Below, one piece after another: positions 40,446 through 48,946 of a DNA stretch of 64,000 bases. A program made the position numbers and the translations under genes. Source of the stretch: an uncultured Candidatus Actinomarina sp. (GTDB lineage Bacteria; Actinomycetota; Acidimicrobiia; Actinomarinales; Actinomarinaceae); assembly GCA_902604835.1 (NCBI GenBank), contig CACKZW010000003.1, positions 408 through 64,407 of the forward strand, in the 5' to 3' direction. Numbering within the stretch: the stretch's first letter is position 1; the number at the start of each line of letters is the position of its first letter. The notes beneath the pieces were generated by a model, which saw only the letters and a program-made list of their open reading frames with translations, was not told the DNA's origin and made no database searches.

Positions 40446-41183
40446 CTATATTTTGGCGTGCTGAAGTTTAATAAATTTTTTAGCATAGTCACCCTCGGTA
40501 GTTAGCGTAGGCTTAAATCCCTTACCCGTTCTCCCGGTTACGATTCTACACCAATCGCTTGCATTTCCTTTTATGCTATTTTCAGATTTTTCATTTCCAA
40601 ATTGCCAGGCTCTATATTCTGGACCTATTAATTCAATTCTTAAATCCTTATGTTTAAGTTTATTTTGTTTACTTGTAAACTCAGCATTTAGCCATCCAAA
40701 TAAAGCTACGTGCTTAATTCTCACAGTGTCTTCGTAGTCCTTTTTCATACTGTCATAAATATCTAATCCATGAGCCCATGTTTCAGCAAGCTTTGAAGAT
40801 GCAAATGTTTGATAGTCCATTTCTTTATTCCACCATTTAATTTTTTTACCAGCTGAACCTTTTGCTAAATTTTCAACAACTTTTGCTCTCGATAATCTCC
40901 ACCATTCAATAACGTCTTGGGGACGCATGTCGTTACCCTTTTTAATGCATTCTTTTTCAAATTTTCCTAATCCGCTTGGACCTCTAAATCTATTAAAATC
41001 TGTACCTTTGCCCTTCATTGCATTAAATGCTAAATCTTCTAATCCCGCAAGGTAGCTTACATGGTTTGTTATATTCCAATTTTTAAATGTAGTTTTAGTG
41101 TTCCAGTTTCTTACGGGAATACTTTGGAGATACTGGTCTAGAAGTTGTTGCTCTGCAACTAAACTACTTAATAAATCTTTCAC
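40446..41183 (-). CDS. DinB/mycothiol-dependent maleylpyruvate isomerase N-terminal domain family protein (TIGR03084-like)
   Basis: The size and N-terminal pattern (LVAEQQLLDQYL..., NWNITNHVSYLAGLEDLAF) resemble the actinobacterial MDMPI_N family. This is a weak by-eye call. Confidence 0.5.
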   Translation of the reverse strand: MKDLLSSLVAEQQLLDQYLQSIPVRNWNTKTTFKNWNITNHVSYLAGLEDLAFNAMKGKGTDFNRFRGPSGLGKFEKECIKKGNDMRPQDVIEWWRLSRAKVVENLAKGSAGKKIKWWNKEMDYQTFASSKLAETWAHGLDIYDSMKKDYEDTVRIKHVALFGWLNAEFTSKQNKLKHKDLRIELIGPEYRAWQFGNEKSENSIKGNASDWCRIVTGRTGKGFKPTLTTEGDYAKKFIKLQHAKI

Positions 41184-41274
41184 AATACAATAATAATTGT
41201 GAAAATCACTTTTCCCAATAAGAACATTAAATAAAATGCTTTATTTATAACTTAAATCTTCTTATTATCTATAT

Positions 41275-41484
41275 ATGAAGAAAATCTTAAAATTATTAAT
41301 TTCAACTGTTTTGTTAAAAGTATTTTATGATGTTTTCAATGAAAATAAGTTCGTTAAAGAACAAATCGACAAACTAAAAGAGGAAGTTACAAATTTAGAA
41401 ATGTCAGATATTGATCAAAAAATAAAAGATTTTCAAAACAAAATCGATGGATTTAAAAATAAGAATCAAGACTCTCCGGAGTAA
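41275..41484 (+). CDS. small hypothetical protein (N-terminal hydrophobic segment plus a charged coiled-coil-like tail)
   Basis: 69-aa ORF with an ATG start. No recognisable family. Confidence 0.35.
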   Translation: MKKILKLLISTVLLKVFYDVFNENKFVKEQIDKLKEEVTNLEMSDIDQKIKDFQNKIDGFKNKNQDSPE

Positions 41485-41487
41485 TTT

Positions 41488-41943
41488 ATCTGGAAAATAT
41501 TAGGTAGAACATTTTCTTATTGGCCTACGTGGCTCGTCAGACTCATCACATTTTTACACACAAAACTGATAAAGTTTAACCAAACAAAAGTTGGCAAGAT
41601 ATTAATAGGGGACAATATATTACTTCTTGAAACTATTGGACGAAAATCAAACAAAATTAGAAAAACTCCTTTGACTTATGTTCAGATCGATGATGGGTAT
41701 TTAGTTGCTGCATCATATGGTGGTCGTGACAAAACTCCTGATTGGTTTTATAACATTGATAATCAAAATGTGAGAGTATTTGTTAATAAAGAATACCAAA
41801 ACGTAAAACCTTCCGTTGTTAAAACTGACGATAAAGAAAAATATTGGAGTTTGTTGACTGCTGTATATCCAACTTTTAATTTATATCGTTCAAAAACTGA
41901 TAGAGATATTCCTTTAGTGAAACTGATTACAGAACAGGTTTAA
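41488..41943 (+). CDS. DUF385 / deazaflavin (F420)-dependent nitroreductase family protein; no canonical start, ATC 41488 proposed
   Basis: The frame is open from 41485. The full-length domain pattern LLLETIGRKSNKIRKTPLTYVQIDDGYLVAASYGGRDKTPDWFYNI...YWSLLTAVYPTFNLYRSKTDRDIPLVKL is present. The first canonical start (TTG 41671) would delete the N-terminal half. GGAG lies 6 nt upstream of ATC 41488. Confidence 0.6.
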   Translation: MWKILGRTFSYWPTWLVRLITFLHTKLIKFNQTKVGKILIGDNILLLETIGRKSNKIRKTPLTYVQIDDGYLVAASYGGRDKTPDWFYNIDNQNVRVFVNKEYQNVKPSVVKTDDKEKYWSLLTAVYPTFNLYRSKTDRDIPLVKLITEQV

Positions 41944-42913
41944 GATTAGGGCCATTTCTCACAACTGTATTCCATAACGTAGAATAATGGTCTAAGTCCT
42001 CTGGGTTAACATGAGGAAGTACCATGTTGATCCAGGTCTCAAAAAGAGGATCAGATGAGTTTTTGTATAGATCTAAACCAACTGGAATCCTTTCAACTAC
42101 CGTTCTCAAACTCATAGGTGTTTCAATGTTTACGCTTATATCATCTGATAAAAATGAGTTATTGATTTCGATAGCTAATTTGATAATTAAATCCGTAAAT
42201 TCTTTTTGTAATTTTGGATATCGTTTTTTAAAAATTGATTCAAGTTGTTCTTTATTAGGAAATGGCTTATCCCAAATAACCCATCTATCAGCGAATGCTT
42301 TATTTAATGTTTGTGTACCTGCATAATCTCTGAGGCTAGTTGGGTTCATTGTTCCAAAAATATAGGAATCATTTCTTAATTCAATCACTTCACCGTTTGG
42401 TAACTCTAATTTTTTATGCCTATCAAGCAAAGAGTGCAAAGCAAAAAGTACTTCAGGTCCAGCAGCATTAAGTTCTGATAAATTAATAATAGATGGACCT
42501 CTCAAAGCTCTTGTTAATTCACCATCTTGCCATTTGCTATCAGTTCCACCCACACCATCACCATATAGCTGAACTGATCCAAGCAATGTAACATCTCTAA
42601 CTTCACCAGAAAGTGGAATTCGGTAGTATGGATATTTTAGCTTCGCAGCAAGTTGTTCAATATCATGATCTTTACCTGTGCCCATGTGTCCTTTTAGTGC
42701 AATATGAATTGGTATTTCATTGTCGAATGTCTTTTCTTTACTTTCAATGATTTGTGCTAATTTAAATTGAATTCCAAAATCTACATAATTTTTGTCAACA
42801 TCTGGAATCCTCTCCGACCTTGAGTCGTAATCGTTTATTGATTTTGTTAATTTACACTCTTTAAGAGTTACATCTCCCTTTCCATTGGGATTTTTAAAAT
42901 TTTGATCTGCCAT
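41927..42913 (-). CDS. AAA+ ATPase, CobS/MoxR-like (AAA_5) with atypical Walker motifs
   Basis: GHMGTGKDHDIEQLAAKL (Walker A region, 42668-42691), IINLSE (Walker B position, 42473-42490), and FGTMNP sensor-1. By eye it is collinear with CobS. The ATG overlaps the upstream gene's TAA. Confidence 0.8.
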   Translation of the reverse strand: MADQNFKNPNGKGDVTLKECKLTKSINDYDSRSERIPDVDKNYVDFGIQFKLAQIIESKEKTFDNEIPIHIALKGHMGTGKDHDIEQLAAKLKYPYYRIPLSGEVRDVTLLGSVQLYGDGVGGTDSKWQDGELTRALRGPSIINLSELNAAGPEVLFALHSLLDRHKKLELPNGEVIELRNDSYIFGTMNPTSLRDYAGTQTLNKAFADRWVIWDKPFPNKEQLESIFKKRYPKLQKEFTDLIIKLAIEINNSFLSDDISVNIETPMSLRTVVERIPVGLDLYKNSSDPLFETWINMVLPHVNPEDLDHYSTLWNTVVRNGPNLKPVL

Positions 42914-44865
42914 TATGCTACTCCTGTAGATTCCTCAATATTCTTTATAAGTATATCCTTTGTGATGTTTACTATTGAATGTATTAGTTCTTCAGGTTCA
43001 TTTATCTGTGTTTTGTTTATATATTCTTTCCATGTTCCTCTTTCACCTATTCCGATACCAATGACATCAATACCAACTTTTGTTGCATAGTTGATTGAAC
43101 TTTTCAAATCGTTTAATGAGCCACGTGTCATACCATCTGAAAGTACTGCTAACAATTTTGTTTTTGATCCTTTTTCCAATAATCGTTTAGTTGAAAACAT
43201 AATATTTCTTTCGTCAACATTCGTTCCTCTCTCAAACATACTTGCGGGAGGATGGTCATCTTTGATATCTAATTTATCCAAAGATTCTCTTAAATTCCTT
43301 GAAAACTCAATTAGTCCAATAAATTTTTCGTAATTTGCTTTCCAAGAATCATCAAACCTTTTGATAAAGTAATGGTTTGTAGTATTGAAATAGTATTCAG
43401 CATTTGAACCGTAATTTGTATTTAACATCGACGATACTGCCATCTTTCTTTTTATATAAAGCTCTTCGTTTTCTAATTCATCAGCAGCAAAACTTCTATT
43501 AAAGATTGCAACTTCAAAATCTATATCTAATTCATGACATATTTGAGCTAAATAACTTGCTCCAATTAGTGCAGCTGATAATGACCATGGATAAAACTCT
43601 CCTTTATCTTTTTCAAGCATTGAGCCACTTCCATCAATTAATAATGAAACAGCATAAGACTTATTTGATAGTCTTTGTTTTTGCTCAAACATTCTTTCGT
43701 ATCTTCCAGAACCAAGCATAAGTGGAACATGTGGTGATAAATCTCCCTGATCGTAACCACTTATACGTAGCCTTTTTTTGTTATGAATAAAGTAAGGCTT
43801 TATTTTATTAGTAACTTTAAATACAGGAAGGTCCCATTCCTCTAAAAGTGAATTGTAAGTTGCCAGACCATTTTTATAAAGGCTATTAAATGTTCTTGGT
43901 AGATTAGTACTTACAAGCTTTGAAACTTTTCCATTTGGAAGGTAAACAGTTGTCGATGTACCAATTTTAGAAACATGATCATCCATAAAATTTAGCTTTT
44001 CATCATCTGATTCTTTACCTTTTTTTCCAAGAAACTTTTCGAGTGTATTGCCTGTAGTTATATTCGTACTTGATGGGATTAAAACTTTATTTAGATCGTC
44101 TATGACTGAATCTTCAAATTTTTCTATAGATTCTCTTCTTTCACCTAAAGTTTGACTATCAACATCAGGCAAAAGATTGTACCTTCTGCAAATATCAGCA
44201 ATTTGGATCGTAATTTCAATGGTGTCTTCTACAAGGTCTCTGTCGTAAGAAAAATTATTTAAAATAGCCAAAGTTTCTCTCACTGATTCTTTTATATTTT
44301 TTGGATAAGATTGAAGGTCGATTTCAATATAACCAGCAATACTATGAAACATTAAAATTAAAAATTTATTGAAAGGTTTTAGATTTTTAATATTGATACT
44401 GGATTCTTCATAAATATCCTGAAGGATTGACCTTAGGCCTTTGAAATCTTTTACAAATTTATATTCTTCAAAAGAATGAACTAATATTTCAAAGATATAT
44501 TTCCCAAATGGTCCGGAAAGCACCTCAAGCACTTCATCAATATCATTTAATCCATCAGTCTCATCTTGAAATTTTGATAAGTCTTTATCTATATCAAATT
44601 TATAATCTTCCATGGAGTGTATGGCTTCATGGATAACTGTTCCTATGACGACTTCTTTAAATTCTAAGTCAGAATCTGAAACAGAGTTAACTAATATGGA
44701 TGGATTTATATTTATTTCATTTTTATTTTTACTTATTGTTTTACCTAGATTTAATACTATTTTGTCATTATTCATCGTGCTTTGAATAAGCCGAGTTATA
44801 GCCGGGCTAATCTTCTGAAAAATTTCTATTATCTGAGTTTCTAAAGTTTTTTTCTTAAATTCCAT
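42913..44865 (-). CDS. HExxH-motif / von Willebrand factor A domain protein (CobT-like or DUF2201-like architecture)
   Basis: HEAIH at 44617-44631, MIDAS motif LLIDGSGSM at 43618-43635 (DGSGSM), and later LLAVLSDG. 650 aa. Confidence 0.75.
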   Translation of the reverse strand: MEFKKKTLETQIIEIFQKISPAITRLIQSTMNNDKIVLNLGKTISKNKNEININPSILVNSVSDSDLEFKEVVIGTVIHEAIHSMEDYKFDIDKDLSKFQDETDGLNDIDEVLEVLSGPFGKYIFEILVHSFEEYKFVKDFKGLRSILQDIYEESSINIKNLKPFNKFLILMFHSIAGYIEIDLQSYPKNIKESVRETLAILNNFSYDRDLVEDTIEITIQIADICRRYNLLPDVDSQTLGERRESIEKFEDSVIDDLNKVLIPSSTNITTGNTLEKFLGKKGKESDDEKLNFMDDHVSKIGTSTTVYLPNGKVSKLVSTNLPRTFNSLYKNGLATYNSLLEEWDLPVFKVTNKIKPYFIHNKKRLRISGYDQGDLSPHVPLMLGSGRYERMFEQKQRLSNKSYAVSLLIDGSGSMLEKDKGEFYPWSLSAALIGASYLAQICHELDIDFEVAIFNRSFAADELENEELYIKRKMAVSSMLNTNYGSNAEYYFNTTNHYFIKRFDDSWKANYEKFIGLIEFSRNLRESLDKLDIKDDHPPASMFERGTNVDERNIMFSTKRLLEKGSKTKLLAVLSDGMTRGSLNDLKSSINYATKVGIDVIGIGIGERGTWKEYINKTQINEPEELIHSIVNITKDILIKNIEESTGVA

Positions 44866-44906
44866 TTTTTATCATTATCATTAAAGACTGACAATATAAG
44901 TATAAG

Positions 44907-45662
44907 GTGAAAAATAAGTTGAATGAAATTACAAACAGGACCGTAGTTGTTGTTGGTGGGAATGGAAACATGGGAACCATGGTTTCAGAGTTCATTGATG
45001 GACTTCAAGGTTATGAAGTTATTGGTATCATAGATCCAAATAATTCTGGCACTAAATTTAATTCATTGACTTTTAGTGAGGATGTTATTTGCGATTATAT
45101 GTTTGAGTTTTCACCATCTTCTGTAGTAAATGAAAACATTCCGAAACTAATAAAAAATAAATCTAAATTAATAATTGGTTCGTCTGGAGTGAATAACGAC
45201 TCGTTAGAGCTGTTAAAAAATGCTAATAAAGCAGTATCAGTCATTCCTAACTTTTCTGTTGGAGCAGCTATTCAAAAACTTTATTCACAAAAATTAACAT
45301 CTATTTTTCCAAATGTTCATATTGTAGAAAAACATCATAAAGGAAAAGAAGACGCTCCTTCAGGAACTTCAAAAGATTTGGCCGGTTCTCTGGAGAATGT
45401 TAAACCATCAGAAATAAGTGGTGATTATTATGCTGTATCAAATGAAAATTCTTTAAATATATATTCATTGAGATCAGATGAGTACCTAGCTGAGCAGGAA
45501 GTCGTATTTTCCGAAAGTTATGAAGAATTTATTCTTGAACATAAAGTATTTGATCGGAAAGCATATTTGTCAGGTGTTCAATTAGTATTGCAAGAAATGG
45601 AACAACAAAATTCATATATTCACGGACTTGAAAATTTACTAAATAAATCGATGGACATATAA
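44907..45662 (+). CDS. dapB: 4-hydroxy-tetrahydrodipicolinate reductase
   Basis: VVVVGGNGNMG nucleotide-binding motif and the DapB signature EKHHKGKEDAPSGTS. It is adjacent to dapA. Confidence 0.85.
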   Translation: MKNKLNEITNRTVVVVGGNGNMGTMVSEFIDGLQGYEVIGIIDPNNSGTKFNSLTFSEDVICDYMFEFSPSSVVNENIPKLIKNKSKLIIGSSGVNNDSLELLKNANKAVSVIPNFSVGAAIQKLYSQKLTSIFPNVHIVEKHHKGKEDAPSGTSKDLAGSLENVKPSEISGDYYAVSNENSLNIYSLRSDEYLAEQEVVFSESYEEFILEHKVFDRKAYLSGVQLVLQEMEQQNSYIHGLENLLNKSMDI

Positions 45663-46543
45663 TGACTGATTTTGGAAAATTATTAACCGCATCAATAACT
45701 CCTTTTGATAGCAATGGTGTAATCAATACAGATACATTATGGAGACTTTGTAGAAAATTAGTTCATGACAAATCAGATGGACTTGTTCTTACAGGAACTA
45801 CGGGAGAATCACCTAACCTTACAATAAAAGATAGAGAAATAATTTATACGACAGCCCTTGATTCTGTCGGGGAGAAAGCAAGCATTGTTGCAGGAACCGG
45901 AACTTACTCAACTTCAGAAACTATAGAAATTACAAGAATGGCAGATTCAATTGGTGTAGATGGAATAATGATTGTTACTCCTTATTATTCGAAACCATCA
46001 CAACGTGGAATACTCAAACATTTTGAAGAGGTGTCAAAAGTTACAGATCTTCCAATTATGGCATATAACATCCCAGGTCGGACAAGCACCTTGATTGAAT
46101 TAGAAACATTAGTATCACTTGCTGATGATATTGGCATACATTCAATTAAGGATGCAGTAGGAAATTTTGATTTTTCCAAAAAAGAATTAGAAGCCCTACA
46201 AGATAAAGTTGACATTTATTCAGGTAATGACAATGAAACTCTTGATTTCATTAAAAATGGTGGCAAAGGTGTTGTTTCAGTCGCTTCTCATGTTGTTGGA
46301 AATGAAATATATGAAATGATGGAGTCTGTTCAAAATAATGATATTAAAAAAGCTGAAGCAATAGATAATGATTTGGGGGAACTTTTTAAAGCACTTTTTG
46401 AAGAACCAAGTCCAGGTCCTATTAAAAAAATATTATCTGAAAGCTGGGAGGATGTAGGAGAGCCCTTACTACCAATTACTGATATTTCGACTGAATTAGC
46501 CAATAAAATTAGGGGTTTTTACTCAAAAATAAAGGAAAAATAG
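45662..46543 (+). CDS. dapA: 4-hydroxy-tetrahydrodipicolinate synthase
   Basis: LVLTGTTGESPNL, VTPYYSKP, YNIPGRT, and KDAVGN (active-site Lys) motifs. Confidence 0.93.
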   Translation: MTDFGKLLTASITPFDSNGVINTDTLWRLCRKLVHDKSDGLVLTGTTGESPNLTIKDREIIYTTALDSVGEKASIVAGTGTYSTSETIEITRMADSIGVDGIMIVTPYYSKPSQRGILKHFEEVSKVTDLPIMAYNIPGRTSTLIELETLVSLADDIGIHSIKDAVGNFDFSKKELEALQDKVDIYSGNDNETLDFIKNGGKGVVSVASHVVGNEIYEMMESVQNNDIKKAEAIDNDLGELFKALFEEPSPGPIKKILSESWEDVGEPLLPITDISTELANKIRGFYSKIKEK

Positions 46544-46562
46544 GCTTTTTTCTGTTATTTTA

Positions 46563-46571
46563 TGGTATAAT
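46563..46571 (+). promoter_or_regulatory. extended -10 element TGGTATAAT, 5 nt upstream of the ftsK GTG start (possible leaderless transcript)
   Basis: Read directly from the sequence. No Shine-Dalgarno sequence lies between it and GTG 46577. Confidence 0.3.
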
Positions 46572-46576
46572 ACATT

Positions 46577-48946
46577 GTGGCTGTTAAGACATCCACTCGC
46601 GAAAGGGTTAATGGGCGTAAGCGGGTGTCTAAACCGAAAAATTTAATAAACGTACCAAGTACTTTTAAAAGCTTAGGCAAAGGTACAAAATCTCTATCAT
46701 CTTCATTTTTCAAATCCTATCAAACAGTATCTATCTTTATGCTTTCACTAGCAATTCTTGTAGGTTTATCTTCTTTTGGTAAAGCAGGACCGATTGGTGA
46801 GTTTGTAAATAATTTGATTACATGGTCATTTGGTTATGGCGTTTATTTGTTTCCACTTCTTCTCATCTATGGATCTGCAATCTTAATTAGAGATAAAGAT
46901 GTTATTAATACTCAAAAAGTATTTGTTGGTACACTGTGGGTTCAAATTTTTACATCAGCTTTGTTTCACTTTTATATTCATGCTGAACCATTATCAATTA
47001 GTGTTGGTACATCTGCTTTACAAAAATCTGGTGGATTTATTTCCGCATTTATCGTTTACCCCTTAAACAATCTTCTTGCAGCAGAAATGACACATGTTGT
47101 TTTATTATTTGGATTGATCATTTCTGTTCTTTATATGACCGATATCGAGCTAAAAGATCTTATTGGTGGAGTTCAAGCTATATTTGTATACTCTTATAGA
47201 TTTATTTTTGCCTTCTATAAAGCAAGAAGGGAAGCTTCCAAAATCAACTTTGATTTAGTTAATAATGAAAATGATGAACCTAAAGAAGATTCAAAAACTA
47301 ATGTTGTCACATTAAAAAAAGAAAAAAGTAAAAAATCTGTTAAATCTGAAGTCGCTGAGAAGCCTAAACCAGTGAAGTCAAAAGCTAAACCAAGTAAGAA
47401 AAAATCGACAAATTATGTTCTTCCACCATTAAAACTTCTTAAAAGGGGAACCGATGTCTCTACTTCTAAAAAGTTACTTCAACAAACTGCAACTGATCTA
47501 CAAAATTTATTAAAAGAGCATGGTGTTGAAGCAGAGTTAACAAAAATAGTTCCAGGTCCCACAGTTACTCGTTATGAGATTGAGCTTTCTCCAGGTGTTA
47601 AAGTCTCAAAAGTTACTTCGCTTTCACATGATATTGCTTATGCTTTAGCTACTCCAGACGTCCGTCTTTTAGCTCCTATTCCAGGAAGAAGTGCGATTGG
47701 TATTGAAATACCTAATAGGCAGAGAAGATTAGTTTCTCTTGGTGATGTGCTTTCTTCTTCAGACGCTCAAAAACTTGATCACCCACTTAATGTTGGTCTC
47801 GGGTTAGATATATCAGGTTCACCAAGACTTATGAATCTCTCAGAGCTTCCTCATGTATTAATAGCTGGCCAAACAGGTGCTGGTAAATCTTCATGTATAA
47901 ATTCAATTGTTACTTCGTTGTTAATGAGAACTAACCCTGACGAAGTAAAAATGGTAATGGTTGATCCTAAACGTGTTGAACTTGGTCAATACAATAATGT
48001 TCCACACCTTTTAACTAAAGTCATAACTAACCCTAAAAAAGCTGTTGATGCTCTTTCATGGGCAGTTTCTGAAATGGACAGAAGATATGATCTTTTAGCT
48101 GACGGTCAAGTCAGAGATATAAACGGTTACCACGAAAAGTATGACGCAGGCTTACTTGATACTGATAAATTTGATAGATTTCCTTTTATTGTTGTTTGTA
48201 TTGATGAGTTAAACGACTTAATGATGGTTGCTGGAAGAGAAGTAGAATCGGCTATCGTTAGGCTTGCACAGATGGCTAGAGCAATCGGTATTCATTTAGT
48301 TGTTGCAACACAAAGACCATCCGTAGATGTTATCACTGGCGTTATGAAAGCAAATATTCCTTCTCGTCTTGCTTTCTCAGTTGCTTCAACAACAGACTCA
48401 CGAGTTATTTTGGATCAATCAGGTGCTGAAAAATTAATTGGATTAGGTGACATGTTAATTGTTACAGCCTCAAATCCTAGACTTGAACGAATTCAGGGTG
48501 CATGGGTTACAGAAGGTGAGATTAAAGATGTTGTATCATGGGTTAAATCACAAAAGGAAGCTGAATATAATCCTGCTGTCATTGAAGAACAGAAGTCTAC
48601 AGCTGTTCAAAATAATGAAGACCTTGGAGAGGATGAAGAACTCATTAAAACAGCTACAGAACTTGTTGTAAGATCACAACTAGGTTCTACATCAATGTTA
48701 CAAAGAAAGTTAAGAGTTGGTTTTGCCAGAGCAGGACGCTTGATGGATATTCTTGAATCACAAGGAATTGTTGGACCATCAGAGGGTTCAAAAGCTAGAG
48801 AGGTTTTAATCACCGTAGAAGAGTTTGAAACAGATTCACTTAGTTCTATTGAAGATGATGTTTCCGAAGATTTAATTGAATCTGAAGAGGTAATTGTTGA
48901 AGAAGTAAGTGATAGTGATGATGACGATAACTGGTACGAAGAGTAA
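46577..48946 (+). CDS. ftsK: DNA translocase FtsK
   Basis: N-terminal TM segments, a basic linker, a motor domain (GQTGAGKSSCINS Walker A; VVCIDELNDL Walker B), a gamma wHTH domain (STSMLQRKLRVGFARAGRLMDILE), and an acidic tail. Confidence 0.93.
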   Translation: MAVKTSTRERVNGRKRVSKPKNLINVPSTFKSLGKGTKSLSSSFFKSYQTVSIFMLSLAILVGLSSFGKAGPIGEFVNNLITWSFGYGVYLFPLLLIYGSAILIRDKDVINTQKVFVGTLWVQIFTSALFHFYIHAEPLSISVGTSALQKSGGFISAFIVYPLNNLLAAEMTHVVLLFGLIISVLYMTDIELKDLIGGVQAIFVYSYRFIFAFYKARREASKINFDLVNNENDEPKEDSKTNVVTLKKEKSKKSVKSEVAEKPKPVKSKAKPSKKKSTNYVLPPLKLLKRGTDVSTSKKLLQQTATDLQNLLKEHGVEAELTKIVPGPTVTRYEIELSPGVKVSKVTSLSHDIAYALATPDVRLLAPIPGRSAIGIEIPNRQRRLVSLGDVLSSSDAQKLDHPLNVGLGLDISGSPRLMNLSELPHVLIAGQTGAGKSSCINSIVTSLLMRTNPDEVKMVMVDPKRVELGQYNNVPHLLTKVITNPKKAVDALSWAVSEMDRRYDLLADGQVRDINGYHEKYDAGLLDTDKFDRFPFIVVCIDELNDLMMVAGREVESAIVRLAQMARAIGIHLVVATQRPSVDVITGVMKANIPSRLAFSVASTTDSRVILDQSGAEKLIGLGDMLIVTASNPRLERIQGAWVTEGEIKDVVSWVKSQKEAEYNPAVIEEQKSTAVQNNEDLGEDEELIKTATELVVRSQLGSTSMLQRKLRVGFARAGRLMDILESQGIVGPSEGSKAREVLITVEEFETDSLSSIEDDVSEDLIESEEVIVEEVSDSDDDDNWYEE

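Noticed and set aside
41275-41943. A single read-through fusion protein of the 69-aa ORF and the DUF385 domain.
   Set aside because: DUF385 proteins are about 140-150 aa, and the domain is complete from about 41488 onward. The upstream ORF has an unrelated coiled-coil-like composition. The SD-like GGAG plus ATC spacing favours separate initiation, so fusion is retained only as a low-probability alternative.
41927-44865. Annotating the AAA+/vWA pair simply as aerobic cobaltochelatase CobS/CobT.
   Set aside because: There is no cobN or corrin pathway context in the window. The gene order is reversed, an HExxH motif is present in the large subunit, and the Walker motifs are atypical. It is kept as CobS/CobT-like of unknown function.
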